Shown: positions 12,516 to 22,669 of the stretch, in pieces
How positions within the stretch are numbered: position 1 is the first letter of the stretch
How the letters are laid out: each line of letters begins with the position of its first letter
Origin: Rebecca billardiae RCC1528
Lineage: Eukaryota; Protista; Haptophyta
Direction of reading: 5' to 3'
Assembly: GCA_965240325.2 (NCBI GenBank)
Contig: OZ251226.1
Span: 62,001-126,000 of the forward strand
Length of the DNA: 64,000 nt
Translations under genes and position numbers: made by a program
The notes under the pieces: generated by a model
What the model saw: only the letters and a program-made list of their open reading frames with translations
Database searches by the model: none
Told to the model about the DNA's origin: nothing

Positions 12516-12551
12516 TGGTATACAACTGTTACATTATGAGAAGAAAACAAG

Positions 12552-12567
12552 GGTGTAGACATACACC
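12552..12567 (-). promoter_or_regulatory. Histone 3'-UTR stem-loop (GGTGTA-TGTC-TACACC)
   Basis: Perfect 6-bp stem with 4-nt loop, ~27 nt past the H2A stop; the same hairpin follows the other two H2A genes. Confidence 0.75.
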
Positions 12568-12593
12568 GGAGTGGGGGAAGGCGCGTGGCTCGC

Positions 12594-13577
12594 TTAGAAG
12601 TCCTGCGACGCCTGGGTCTTGGCCTTGCTCTTCTTGGGGAGGAGCACCTGCGCGCGCCGGGCGCACGGATCGGGCGGCAGCGCACGGCGCGCATCCAGGG
12701 CGCGGTCAGCGACGCGCGACCTCAGCCCCGCGAAGAGCGCCCATCTGTGCCGCCGCGCAGGGCGGCTCGAGCATCAACCCACCCGCCACTCCCGCGCCCA
12801 TCCCGCCCCGTTCCCGCCCCGCCGCCCCGCTCACCTGGTGGATGTTGGGCAGCACGCCGCCCGACGCAATCGTCACACCGCCCAGCAGCTTGTTCAGCTC
12901 CTCGTCGTTGCGGATGGCGAGGACGAGGTGGCGCGGCGTGATGCGCTTCTTCTTGTTGTCGCGGCACGCGTTGCCCGCGAGCTCGAGCACCTCAGCCGCC
13001 ACTGCGCACATGCCACAGCCGCGCGCGACGCAGCGCGCGTCAGCCACCCGAGCCCTGCGCCACGCACGCGCGCACGCCCGGCAGCGCGGCGGCGGCGGGC
13101 TCGCGGCGCGCGCGGCGTGGGCGCGCAGTCACACGGCGCGCGCGCGGCCACGCACTGTACTCGAGCACGGCGGTGAGGTACACCGGGCCGCCAGCACCCA
13201 GCCGCTTGGCGAGGCGCATGAAGCGGAGGTTGCGAGCAACGCGCGAGACCGGGAAGGTGAGCCCGGCCTTGAGCGACTTGGTGGTCGACTTCCTGCGCGG
13301 CGAGGCGGCGAGGAAGCGCGTCGCGCGCGCGCGCCGGCCACCGGCAGCGAGGGGCGCCGCGCGTCAGCCACGAGTCAGCCCGCGCCGCCCGGCCGGGCCG
13401 AGCGGGGCGTGCGCGCCGAGCGGTGCGACCGCTCGCACTCGGCACGAGCCGTGTGCGCGCGCGCCAAAGCCGCGAGAGGCGGTGAACGCATGCGTGCGCG
13501 CGAGCGCCCGCCAAGAGCCGCGCGGCCCGCGCGCACTTCTTCTTGTCGCCGCGGCCAGCAGAGCCCTTCGGAGGCAT
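12594..13577 (-). CDS. H2AX: Divergent histone H2A variant with H2A.X-type C-terminal SQDF; exons 13577-13537, 13292-13156, 13001-12835, 12647-12594
   Basis: Spliced product [132 protein letters not shown]. Three GT-AG introns. Confidence 0.88.
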
Positions 13578-13863
13578 GGTTGCGTTCGTTCGAGGGGGGG
13601 TCGAGAGTGGCGCGACTCGGGAGTGGCGAGCCGGTGGCCGCGCTTTGAACCTCAACCGGAGCGCTCGCGGCGCAAGGACCAGTGCCGCCGCCGCGGAGCG
13701 GTTGGCGTGCTGACCGTTGCCCCGTGGGTTTCGTCAGGCTGAGCGCAGCCAGTCTCTAATTCTCGGGCCGGTGGCGAAGACCAGTGCGCCGGCCAACCGT
13801 CGTCGTTGGCTTCAAACACAAGGCCTCGCCCCTCACTACTCCAGCGCTCGCGCAGCTCAAAAG
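13578..13863. promoter_or_regulatory. Bidirectional promoter region between head-to-head H2A genes
   Basis: Only ~290 bp separate the minus-strand ATG (13577) from the putative 5'-UTR intron donor (13864) of the plus-strand H2A. Confidence 0.5.
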
Positions 13864-14174
13864 GTGTGTGCCCCGAGCGCCGCGCGCCATCGCGCCGCGC
13901 GCCGCGACGGCGTGCGAGACGCGCGCGCGGGGGCGAGGCCGCGTCGGGCGCGCGTGCGTCGACACCGGTGTCGACGCACGCGCGCCCGGCGCGCGCCCAC
14001 GCTCCTCCGCTCCGGACGCGTGGGCGCGCGCGACCCGCATTGCGCGCGCCGAGCGCTCGAGCCGCCCGCCGCGCGCGTGTGCGACGGTGTGGCTCCCGTG
14101 GCTGACCCGCCGCTGTGCGCCCCTTCTCCTCGCGCCGCGCCTTCCGCCGCGCAGCAACCCCCGCACCCGACCAG

Positions 14175-14561
14175 ATGGCGAAGACTGTGACCCCCGGTGG
14201 CCGTGGCGGCTCGAAGAAGAAGTCGACCTCGCGCTCCGCGAAGGCCGGCCTCCAGTTCCCGGTGGGCCGCGTGCACCGGCACCTCAAGCTCGGCCGCTAC
14301 TCGCAGCGGATCGGCGCGGGTGCGCCGGTGTACATGGCCGCGGTCCTCGAGTACCTCGCCGCCGAGGTGCTCGAGCTCGCGGGCAACGCGGCGCGCGACA
14401 ACAAGAAGAGCCGCATCATCCCGCGCCACGTCACGCTCGCCGTGCGCAACGACGAGGAGCTGAACAAGCTGCTCGCGGGCGTGACGGTCGCGCAGGGTGG
14501 CGTGCTGCCCAACATCCACTCGGTCCTCCTCCCGAAGAAGGGCAAGAAGGGCGCTGAGTAA
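14175..14561 (+). CDS. H2A: Histone H2A (canonical type, tail KKGKKGAE); putative 5'-UTR intron 13864-14174 ending at the ATG
   Basis: [20 protein letters not shown]...[38 protein letters not shown]...[15 protein letters not shown] is the H2A signature. Confidence 0.97.
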   Translation: MAKTVTPGGRGGSKKKSTSRSAKAGLQFPVGRVHRHLKLGRYSQRIGAGAPVYMAAVLEYLAAEVLELAGNAARDNKKSRIIPRHVTLAVRNDEELNKLLAGVTVAQGGVLPNIHSVLLPKKGKKGAE

Positions 14562-14697
14562 GCGTGCTCGCGCACGCCGCCTCGGCCTCTGGGCATGCCC
14601 GCCGACTGCGCCGCCGACCGCGGCCAGTCAAACCCCTCCCCGAGCCGCTGCTCCGGCAGCGCGCGGCGCCGTAGCCGCGTCTTGGCTCGACTACCTC

Positions 14698-14713
14698 GGT
14701 GTATATCTACACC
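14698..14713 (+). promoter_or_regulatory. Histone 3'-UTR stem-loop (GGTGTA-TATC-TACACC)
   Basis: Perfect 6-bp stem with 4-nt loop, ~137 nt downstream of the stop. Confidence 0.75.
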
Positions 14714-15389
14714 CCTGGCTCTTCTCGCCCATGCGGTTTACACCCCCGGTTTGCTCCGCGCCGCGCGCCGCGCCCGCCCCGCCCCGCGCGGCCTGCGGTC
14801 ATGGTGTGAGTTCACTGTGAGTCCCCGAGAACGGAATTGGCCGCCGCGGCCCCGGTGAGTCAGAGTGTTATTGTTAGCTCGGTCACGATGCAGCGTGAGT
14901 GACTGACGGCAGCAACGGTCGTAATTCGGATGCGACAAGCCGACAGCATCGTCAGTACTCAGTAGTCGAGTACGTGGCGCAGGAGTCTCACTCCGTCTCT
15001 GAGTCCGAACTAGCTAGTACTGCCGATACTCAGTACTCATACTGCAGAGCGGGAGCCGCAGCAGGCTGCCTGTTGCCCGTGCCGCGTATTATTATTGCGC
15101 GCCATTGTATTACATATCAACCATGCTGCCATATCCTTGTATTAGTGAATATATAGTATCATTGAGTCGTCAGCTGTGCTGTGTGCGACGCCGCTCGGGC
15201 GCTGCAGCGGCCGGCCACACTCGCGCACGGCCGCCGTCACGGCCCGCTCGCACGATGAGTGACGTCACGATCGGCAGCGCCAAGCAGCTCGGCGGGTCAG
15301 CGTGGAGGCAGCACGCACGTGCGCGTGGCCCGCCGCCGCCGCCGTCCGCGCCAAGCAGCTCGGCCGCATGCCGCGCGCCACGCCGGCGG

Positions 15390-16573
15390 TCACCTCTCCT
15401 CGACGGCGATGGCCGCGACGCCGGCCGCGAGGGCGCCCTCCGCCGTCGCCTGCTCCGGCTGCGGGTCCCGCCGCGACGTGGAACGGGGGCGATGGGGCGC
15501 GGGCGCGGCAGTGGATGGGGTGAGGATCTGCGTGCCCGCGCGCGGCAGCCCGCGCGTGGCTGCGCGTGCGCGCTCGCGTGCGCGCAACGGCCGCGCGGCG
15601 CGTCGCGCACCTTGGCGTGCGCGCTGCCGGCCGGCTGCGGCTGCTCGTCCGGCTGCGCCGACTTGGCGTCCGCCCGTCGCCGCCCGAGCGCGTCGACGCA
15701 CTTGTCGATCGAGACGGTCTCGGAGATGGCGTCCATCTTGGGCACGTACGTGGTGAAGTGCGGCGTGGCGAAGTGCGCCTCGAGGTGCGCCATCGACGCC
15801 CACTCCTCCGTGATCACGAAGCGCGTCGGCGAGTCGGCCGACTTGACAAAGTTGTACTTGAGCACGCCGGGCTCGCGCCACGTGTGGTGCGCGAGCTTCT
15901 CCGCCATGGCGAGCCACTCGGCCTGGTTGGCCTCAGGCACGTCCTTCGTCACGATCACGTGCACCGCGCCGGGCGCCATCGGCGCGCTCGCCGCGTCCTC
16001 CGCCCGGGCCTTCTCGGCGGTCGCGGCGTCGTCCGCCTTGGTCGTGAGCAGCGGGTGCAGCGACTTGCGCCCGTCGACGTAGACGGCGACCCACTCGGCG
16101 AGGCGCAGGCCCAGGCGCTCGCAAGCGAGCTTGTCGTGCTCGTTCCGCGGCTGCTTCGCCACCACCGCGCCGTAGTGCAGCGTGTGGATCTTGTCGACGT
16201 AGTCGGTCACGCCGAAGCTGAGGAAGCCAAAGTTCATCAGCACGGTCGACATGGCGAGGCAGGACATCTCGGCGCCGCCGCCGTGGCCGCCCTGCGAGGA
16301 GAAGACGGTGCACAGCTTGCCGTCGCACTTGTTCCAGTTGTCCGCGGCGAACTCGTCCCACCACTTCTTCATGCGCCACGCGATGCCGCCGAGGTTGGTC
16401 GGCGTGCCGACAGCGAGGCCGTCCGCCCACAGCACGTCTGCGTGCGTGCAGTCCTCGGTGGAGCGCAGGCGGATCTCGTGGCCGGGGATCTGCGAGGCGC
16501 CCGCGGCGACGAGCTTGCCCATCTCCGACGTGCAGTCCGTGTTCGAGTGGTAGAAGACGAGGATGCGGCCCAT
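15390..16573 (-). CDS. WrbA-like flavodoxin-fold NAD(P)H oxidoreductase fused to an ABM (antibiotic biosynthesis monooxygenase-like) domain; intron 15610-15459
   Basis: Flavodoxin/WrbA part: MGRILVFYHSNTDCT, ADVLWADGLAVGTPTNLGGIAWRMKKWWD, GKLCTVFSSQGGHGGGAE, LHYGAV, ACERLGLRLAE. ABM part: TWREPGVLKYNFVKSADSPTRFVITEEWASMAHLEAHFATPHF. Confidence 0.88.
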
Positions 16574-17056
16574 GTTCTCGGCGTGGACAGGTGGACTGCG
16601 ATGGTGGCCGTGTGCGTTTTGGCTTGACCTTCGAGCGGGCTCGTCTCTGATTCCACGATTCCAAAGATCCTCGCCGCCGAGGATCAGGGTACTGTCTATA
16701 GCCGTAGGGCAGAGTACTGAAGACAGCTTCCTCATAGGGCGGCGGACGCCGATTTCGGAGCGGGATTGATCGAGTTTTGCCAATGGCGAAGCCGCATTTA
16801 CCCGAGAGCAATCAAGGGCGCCTGGGAGGCGGCGGCGGCCGAGGGCTGCGATGCCAAAGCGCGCGCGATGATTGGCCAGGCCCCGCCTCCGGTGGTGCTG
16901 CGAGGTAAATCCGCCGCCTATCTGCCGCTGTCCCGTTTTGCATCCGGCCATATGCGGTACCACCGGCGGGTAAACGGCGGATACCTGCCGGCGCACGTCC
17001 CACAACCGCCCTGCGACACTCGAATGCAGCCACCTGCCACGCAGCACGCGCACGCC

Positions 17057-19832
17057 ATGACCGCGACCACGAACCGCCCGCTCCCGCTCGTCGGCCTCGA
17101 CACGCTCGGCTCGGGCGACGAGACGGAGGACATCACCAAGACGATCCGCACGGCCATCCGCGCCGGCGTCCGCCTCTTCGACTGCGCCTCGCTCCACGGC
17201 AACGAGGAGGAGGTCGGCGCGGCGCTGCGCGCCGCGATCGACGCGGGCGAGGTGTCGCGCGAGGAGCTCTACGTCGTGGCCAAGCTGTGGTGCGCGGACG
17301 CGGCGCCGGAGGACGTTGAGACCGCGTGCCGCCGCACGCTCGACAACCTCGGCCTCGACTACCTCGACGAGTACGCCATGCACTGGTGCGCGCGCCGCGC
17401 CGCGCCGCGCCGCGCGCAAGTCTGCGCGCGCTCGTGAGGCCGGAGCCCCACCGCGCGCACGCGCGCCCGCGCGCTCCCGTCTCACGCGCGCCGCGCGCTC
17501 CACTGCGCGCCGCCCACCGCCGCGCGCAGGCCCGTGCGCATGCGCCCCGGCTCGAACGCGCTCACCTTCTCGCTCGTGCACGGCGCGGAGCGCGCGCCGA
17601 TCGCTCAGACGTACGGCGCGATGGAGAGGCTGGTGGAGGGCGGGCTCGTGCGCGCGCTGGGCGTGAGCAACATGGACGCGCGCATGCTCACCGAGCTCGC
17701 CGCCGACTGCGCCGTCAAGCCGCGCTCCCTCCACGTCGAGGCGCACCCGTTCCTGCCACAGCCGGAGCTGCTGGGCGCGTGCGGCGCGCTGGGCGTGCGG
17801 CTGGTGGCGCACAGGCCGCTCGGGCAGGTGTGCGCGGCGCCGCGCGCGTGGGGGCGCGCGGCCCCGGCCGACGGCGCGCTCACCCGCGTGCCCCGCCCGT
17901 GCCACGATCTCGCGCCGCGCCCGCGCGCAGGAGGACGGCGGCGCGCACACGGACCTGCGCCTGTACCCGGCTGTGCAGGCGGTCGCGCTGGAGGCGAACA
18001 AGTCCGCGGCGCAGGTGCTGCTGCGCTGGGGCGTGCAGCGCGGCGCGAGCGTGGTGCCGCGCTCGGCGCCCACCACCGCCCTCGGCGTGCTCGACTGGCA
18101 GCTCTCCGCCGAGCAGATGGGCCGCCTCGACGCGCTCGCGCGCGGCCTCCGGTTTGCGCGCGTGCCGTGGTTCGACTTTGACGCGCGGCCGCCGCTCAAC
18201 GTGAACGTGGCGCCGCCGGGGCAGCCGCTGCTCAAGGCGGGCGAGGAGGACGCGCGCGGCTTCTACCGCAACACGTTTGGGCGCGACGGCAAGCCGCTGC
18301 ACACCGAGGTCGTCATCCGGCGCGGGCTGCTCCAGCGCGACGCGCTCGCGGCGCACGCGAAGCACTTCCTGCCCGAGAAGTGCCACGGCGCGCCCATCCA
18401 CGTGCTGACGGACAGCGTGGTGGACAAGATCTACGGCGAGCAGGTGGTCGCCGGGCTGCGCGCGGCGGGGCTCGAGGTGCACAAGACCGCGATGCCCTCC
18501 GACCTCGCCGACGCCGCGGGCGAGCCCTCGACCGAGCACCACAAGACGATGGCCGTGCTGAGCGCGTGCGCGGACGAGATCCTGTGCAACGGCATCAACA
18601 AGAACTCGGCGATCGTCTCGCTCGGCGGCGGCGTGGTGAACAACCTGGCGGGCGTGCTCGCGGGCATGCTGTACCGCGGCATCGCGCTCGTGCACCTGCC
18701 CACCACCACCATGTCCACCTTCGACCCGGCGCTCGACTTCAAGCAGGCGGTCAACCACCCGCTCGGCAAGAACCTGCTCGGCTGCTACTACCCGGCGAGC
18801 ACGATCGCGATCGACCCGGACGCGCTCTCGACGCTCAGCGAGCGGCACATCCTCAACGGCATCTCGGAGGCGCTCAAGCACGGGCTGACGCAGTCGCGCG
18901 AGCTCACCGACATGATCGTCGACCCGCTGCGCGCCGGCCGGCCGCTCACCGACGGGCAGTACCTCGAGCGCATCTGCAAGGCGGCGCTCGAGATCAAGGC
19001 GCCCACACTCGACGCGTACGAGAAGACGGACTACAACGAGGTGTGCCCGCAGTACGGCCACGCGATCGGGCACGCGGTGGAGCACCTCTCGTGGAGCGGC
19101 CCGCTGCACCGCCCGCTGCTGCACGGCGAGGCGGTGGCGATCGGCATGTGCGTCTCCGCCGAGATCGCGCTGCGCAAGGGCATCTGCACGCAGGCGGTCG
19201 TGGACGAGCACTACGAGCTGATCGGCGCGACCGGGCTGCCCGCGTTTGTGCCGCGCTCGATGGACGCGGACAGGCTGGTGCGCCAGATGCGCTTCGACAA
19301 GCACACGCTCAAGAGCCCGGCGATGGGGCTGTGCGCCGCGATCGGCGGCATGGCCACCGACGCGGAGCGCGGCACCTACTTCTTCGAGACCAGCGCCGAC
19401 GAGCTGCACGCCGCGCTGCAGGCGAACGCGGCGCGGCGCGACCTGACGGAGGGCTGCGTGCAGTGCGCGCCCGAGCCGGCGCGCGCGCCTGAGGCCACCG
19501 CCGGCGCCGACGCCCACGCGCCGCCGCCCGCCGCCGCCTCCGCCGCCGGCACGCGGCCCGCCTCGCCCGACCCCGATGCCGAGGCCTCGCGCCCCGCCTC
19601 GCCCGAGCCCTTCGACCCCTCGGAGCTGCCCGCCGTGCAGCTGCCGCCGCCGCTGCCGTTTGTGCGCGCGGCCGACGAGGCGGTGCTCAACAAGTACCGC
19701 ACCGAGTACGCGCAGTACCGCAAGGGCGGCGCGTGGGGCTCGCGCGGCGAGCTGACCAAGCTCGCCAAGCGCGCGGGCACGATGAAGCCGGCGGCGCCGG
19801 TGGCCAGCCTGGTGGTCGGCGCATCCGCATGA
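17057..19832 (+). CDS. Aldo-keto reductase fused to a sugar-phosphate cyclase (DHQS superfamily, 2-deoxy-scyllo-inosose synthase-like); introns 17386-17529 and 17828-17930
   Basis: AKR part: PLVGL, AIRAGVRLFDCA..GNEEEVGAALR, REELYVVAKLW, LGLDYLDEYAMHW|P, MERLVEGGLVRALGVSN, EAHPFLPQPEL, KSAAQVLLRWGVQRG..VVPRS. Cyclase part continues in the same frame: SLGGGVVNNLAG, YRGIALVHLPTT, FKQAVNHPLGKNLLGCYYP, GISEALKH, YGHAIGHAVE, LHGEAVAIGM, MRFDK. Confidence 0.9.
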
Positions 19833-20502
19833 GCGCGCAGCGGCGCACTCCGCGCAGCGCCGCGCGAGCGGGCGGATAGTCATAGTCACGCCTCACGGCG
19901 GCCGGGGCGCCGTCAGTGGCGGGGCGAGTGTATGTAGTTGTACGCAACGCGACGCGGCGTCAATTACACTCACCACACAGCTAGCTATAGTGCGCTGCAG
20001 AGAGACTGAGAGAGCGCCAGCAGCCTCTAAGTAGCAATGACGGGCGAGACGAGATTGATGACTGCTACGACTAGCTAGTACGGGCAGAACTGTCGTACGT
20101 ACAGACTGGCGACTGCGGGCCGCCTCACTAGTGAGTCACTCACTCACTGCGGCGCGCAGCGCGCGCTGTCAGGCAGCCGCGCGCGCTGGCAGCGCTCCCG
20201 CTACTGACGGTCCGCGCCCGGGGAGCCTCGTCAATGAGTCCGCGTCCGCCCTATATAGATATATATAATATATATATTGATAGATGACCGCGTTCCGCGG
20301 TCCTTTTCCGTAGAACGAACGTAGTTCAGGGCCCGCGGTGGCGGTGCACCCTCCATCGCAGTCGTCTATTGACAGACCCGGAGTTGCATGCCCGTACAAC
20401 TAGACTCCAGCGGCGCGCCGCCGCCCGCCGCGCCCGGGGCGCGGGCCCATCGGCGCACTTCGCAGCCGCCGGCGCGGCGCCGATTGTGTACAGGCGGATG
20501 CG

Positions 20503-20816
20503 ACGAGGCGTGATCGACGCATGAGCGCGATTCCACGTGCACGCCAGGCCACGCGAAGCTGACAGCCAGGGAGCACGGTGCGGGGCCGCGGATTCGTTCG
20601 GGCCGCTGCTGCTGACTGACCGCTGAGTCCCGCCGCGGGTCACCGCGCACCGCGGCAGCGCCAGGATAGTTAGGTGATTTGCACTGGTCCGAGTAGGGTT
20701 CGACCAGCGCCTGCGCGACGGCCGACAGGCGGGCGCGAGGCGTGATCGACGCATGAGCGCAACTCGACGTGCACGCCAGGCCACGCGGAGCTGACAGCCC
20801 GAGGGAGCACGGTGCC
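20503..20816. repeat. Two diverged ~80-bp direct repeats (20503-20581, 20736-20816)
   Basis: CGAGGCGTGATCGACGCATGAGCGC...CGTGCACGCCAGGCCACGCG.AGCTGACAGCC..GGGAGCACGGTGC occurs twice. Confidence 0.85.
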
Positions 20817-22669
20817 GAGGTCGGAGGTGCGACTGGGCACCAGTCACGGATCGTTCGCGCACGCCGCGCGTGCACGGGCTGACACACCTCGATCAGGCTC
20901 GGCACGCGTTGCAGAGGCACAGCCAGCTCTGGGGACGTCACGCACCACCGTCGCCCGCGCAGCTCGTCCTCCTCGTAGAGTACCGTTCAGTTCCGAGGCG
21001 TAGCCCTCGCTCAGAGTCGACCGTCGACGATGGACTCGGATCGTCGGCGCTCCCCGGAAAGGCATGGCAAGGGCGGCGCGTGGTGAAGTCGAAGACTCAG
21101 AGATCGATCAGTCCGGCATCAGGCGCCGCTGCCCCCGAGCTTGCGAGAGCCCGAATACAGGGCGGCTGCCGCGGCGCGGCCGGGGCGCCCCGGCGCCGAC
21201 CGGCGCGCGGCCGCGCGCAGGCATCCGGCGCCGACCGGCGCGCGGCCGCGCGCAGGCATCGACACGGGGCGGCGGGGGCGCGCGGAGTGAGCGGGGGCAC
21301 GAACGCGATGTCGACGGCAGTCGGGACCCGCCGCAGCCGCGCGCTCCAGGCGCAACTCGCCGCGCGCACGTGCCCATCGCCGTCCTCACCCGTCGGTCGC
21401 TCGTGCGGCTCGCCCCCTCTCGCGGAGCCAGTGAGTCTCGCCGCAGCCGCGGCAACCAAGGTTTGGCTTTGCTGGGCAGCCGGCTCCACTCGTGTCAGAT
21501 AGTATTGAGATTCGCCGAGGTTGGCCCATCGGCTACTGACCCTTGCCTCGTCGGCTCCTGATACAGACACGGCGCGATTGAATAGTTGATTCAACTGATT
21601 CAAGGGACGTACATGGTCACATCGGTTCGCGGCAATCTCCATCTAGATACGTCATCGCTCCTTGGACCTTGCTGCAATCTCATTGGCCGGAAAAATCGCT
21701 TGTAACGGTTCGTTACGTTAGGGATCCTAAAGGGCGTGAAGTTTTTTGGACGGGCGTCACTCCACGCTTTACTATGAACTTGCCGTGCGCGCGACCTTTT
21801 TCGGCCGTGATGCATGTTAGAGAGGCGCGGCGGGTCTCAAAATTCGAAACTCGGTCTCCTCCAGCCATGAAAATCGTCCCCCGTCCCTTTTTTCTTGATC
21901 AAAGATCTTTTTGAAACGTTGTTCGGGCCCGCTGGTGCGGGCTCCACGCTGCGCGCTCCGCCCTGCACCGCGGGCCATGATGATGGCGCTGTATATATTC
22001 CCTGCTGCGTCCGCCGCCAGTCTGGCAGTCCGCAGATCGCGAGTCGTCCGGGTCGACTCGATCAGTGCATGCCGTGGGCGTGTGCCAGCCGAGGTGGGTC
22101 ATCACGCGCGGTGATCCCGGCCCCGTCAGGGGACTCACGTCGGAGCCGCCGGCACTCACTAGCACTGTCTACGGCAGCAGCTGCTACTTGCTAGCAGTAA
22201 CAGTGCATGATGATCATGATGGCGGCGCGGCGGACCGGACCGTCGTCGTACTATACGCGGCGACGATATTCGAGATCCGCGCGCCTGCAGTACTGTAGTG
22301 TCGTCACTTATAGCCGTTGTCGTAGTAGCGCGCATCAGGGCGAGGGCCGAGGCGCTGATGCCAGTTGCGCGCCACGTTGGTCATCGACATCGGCAGTCTG
22401 AGTCTCGCGTCCGCGCGCGCCGCCGCGCGCGGCCCGGCGCGCGCCGGGCGCAGAGTGCCACCAGCATCGGCGTCGCCACGGGGCGCGCGATCCCACTGGT
22501 CACTGGTGCATGGTGCCGAGGCGCGGTGCTGTGCAGCCTGCGCATCACGGAGCACGTTGGTGCGGCGAGAGGCCGAGGGAGAGCGGGGTCCGGCGCCGCG
22601 CCCGCCGTGCAGCGGCGCAGGCGCCGTGCGCGCCCGGCCTGGAGGCCCGAGGCCCGAGCCAACCCGCTC

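Noticed and set aside
15170-18235. 1021-aa minus-strand ORF as one protein
   Set aside because: Only 16573-15611 is credible coding sequence; the upstream part is antisense to the AKR gene and the downstream part reads through an intron.
17973-19832. Ordinary shikimate-pathway DHQ synthase or mycosporine DDG synthase
   Set aside because: Diagnostic motifs (GGGVVNN, KQAVN, QYGHAIGH) differ from DHQS and DDGS, and no O-methyltransferase or ATP-grasp genes are adjacent. Not fully excluded without a phylogeny.
21670-21730. GTAACG/CGTTAC motifs similar to those at 10780-11005
   Set aside because: Matches are too short to establish a shared element or terminal repeat.
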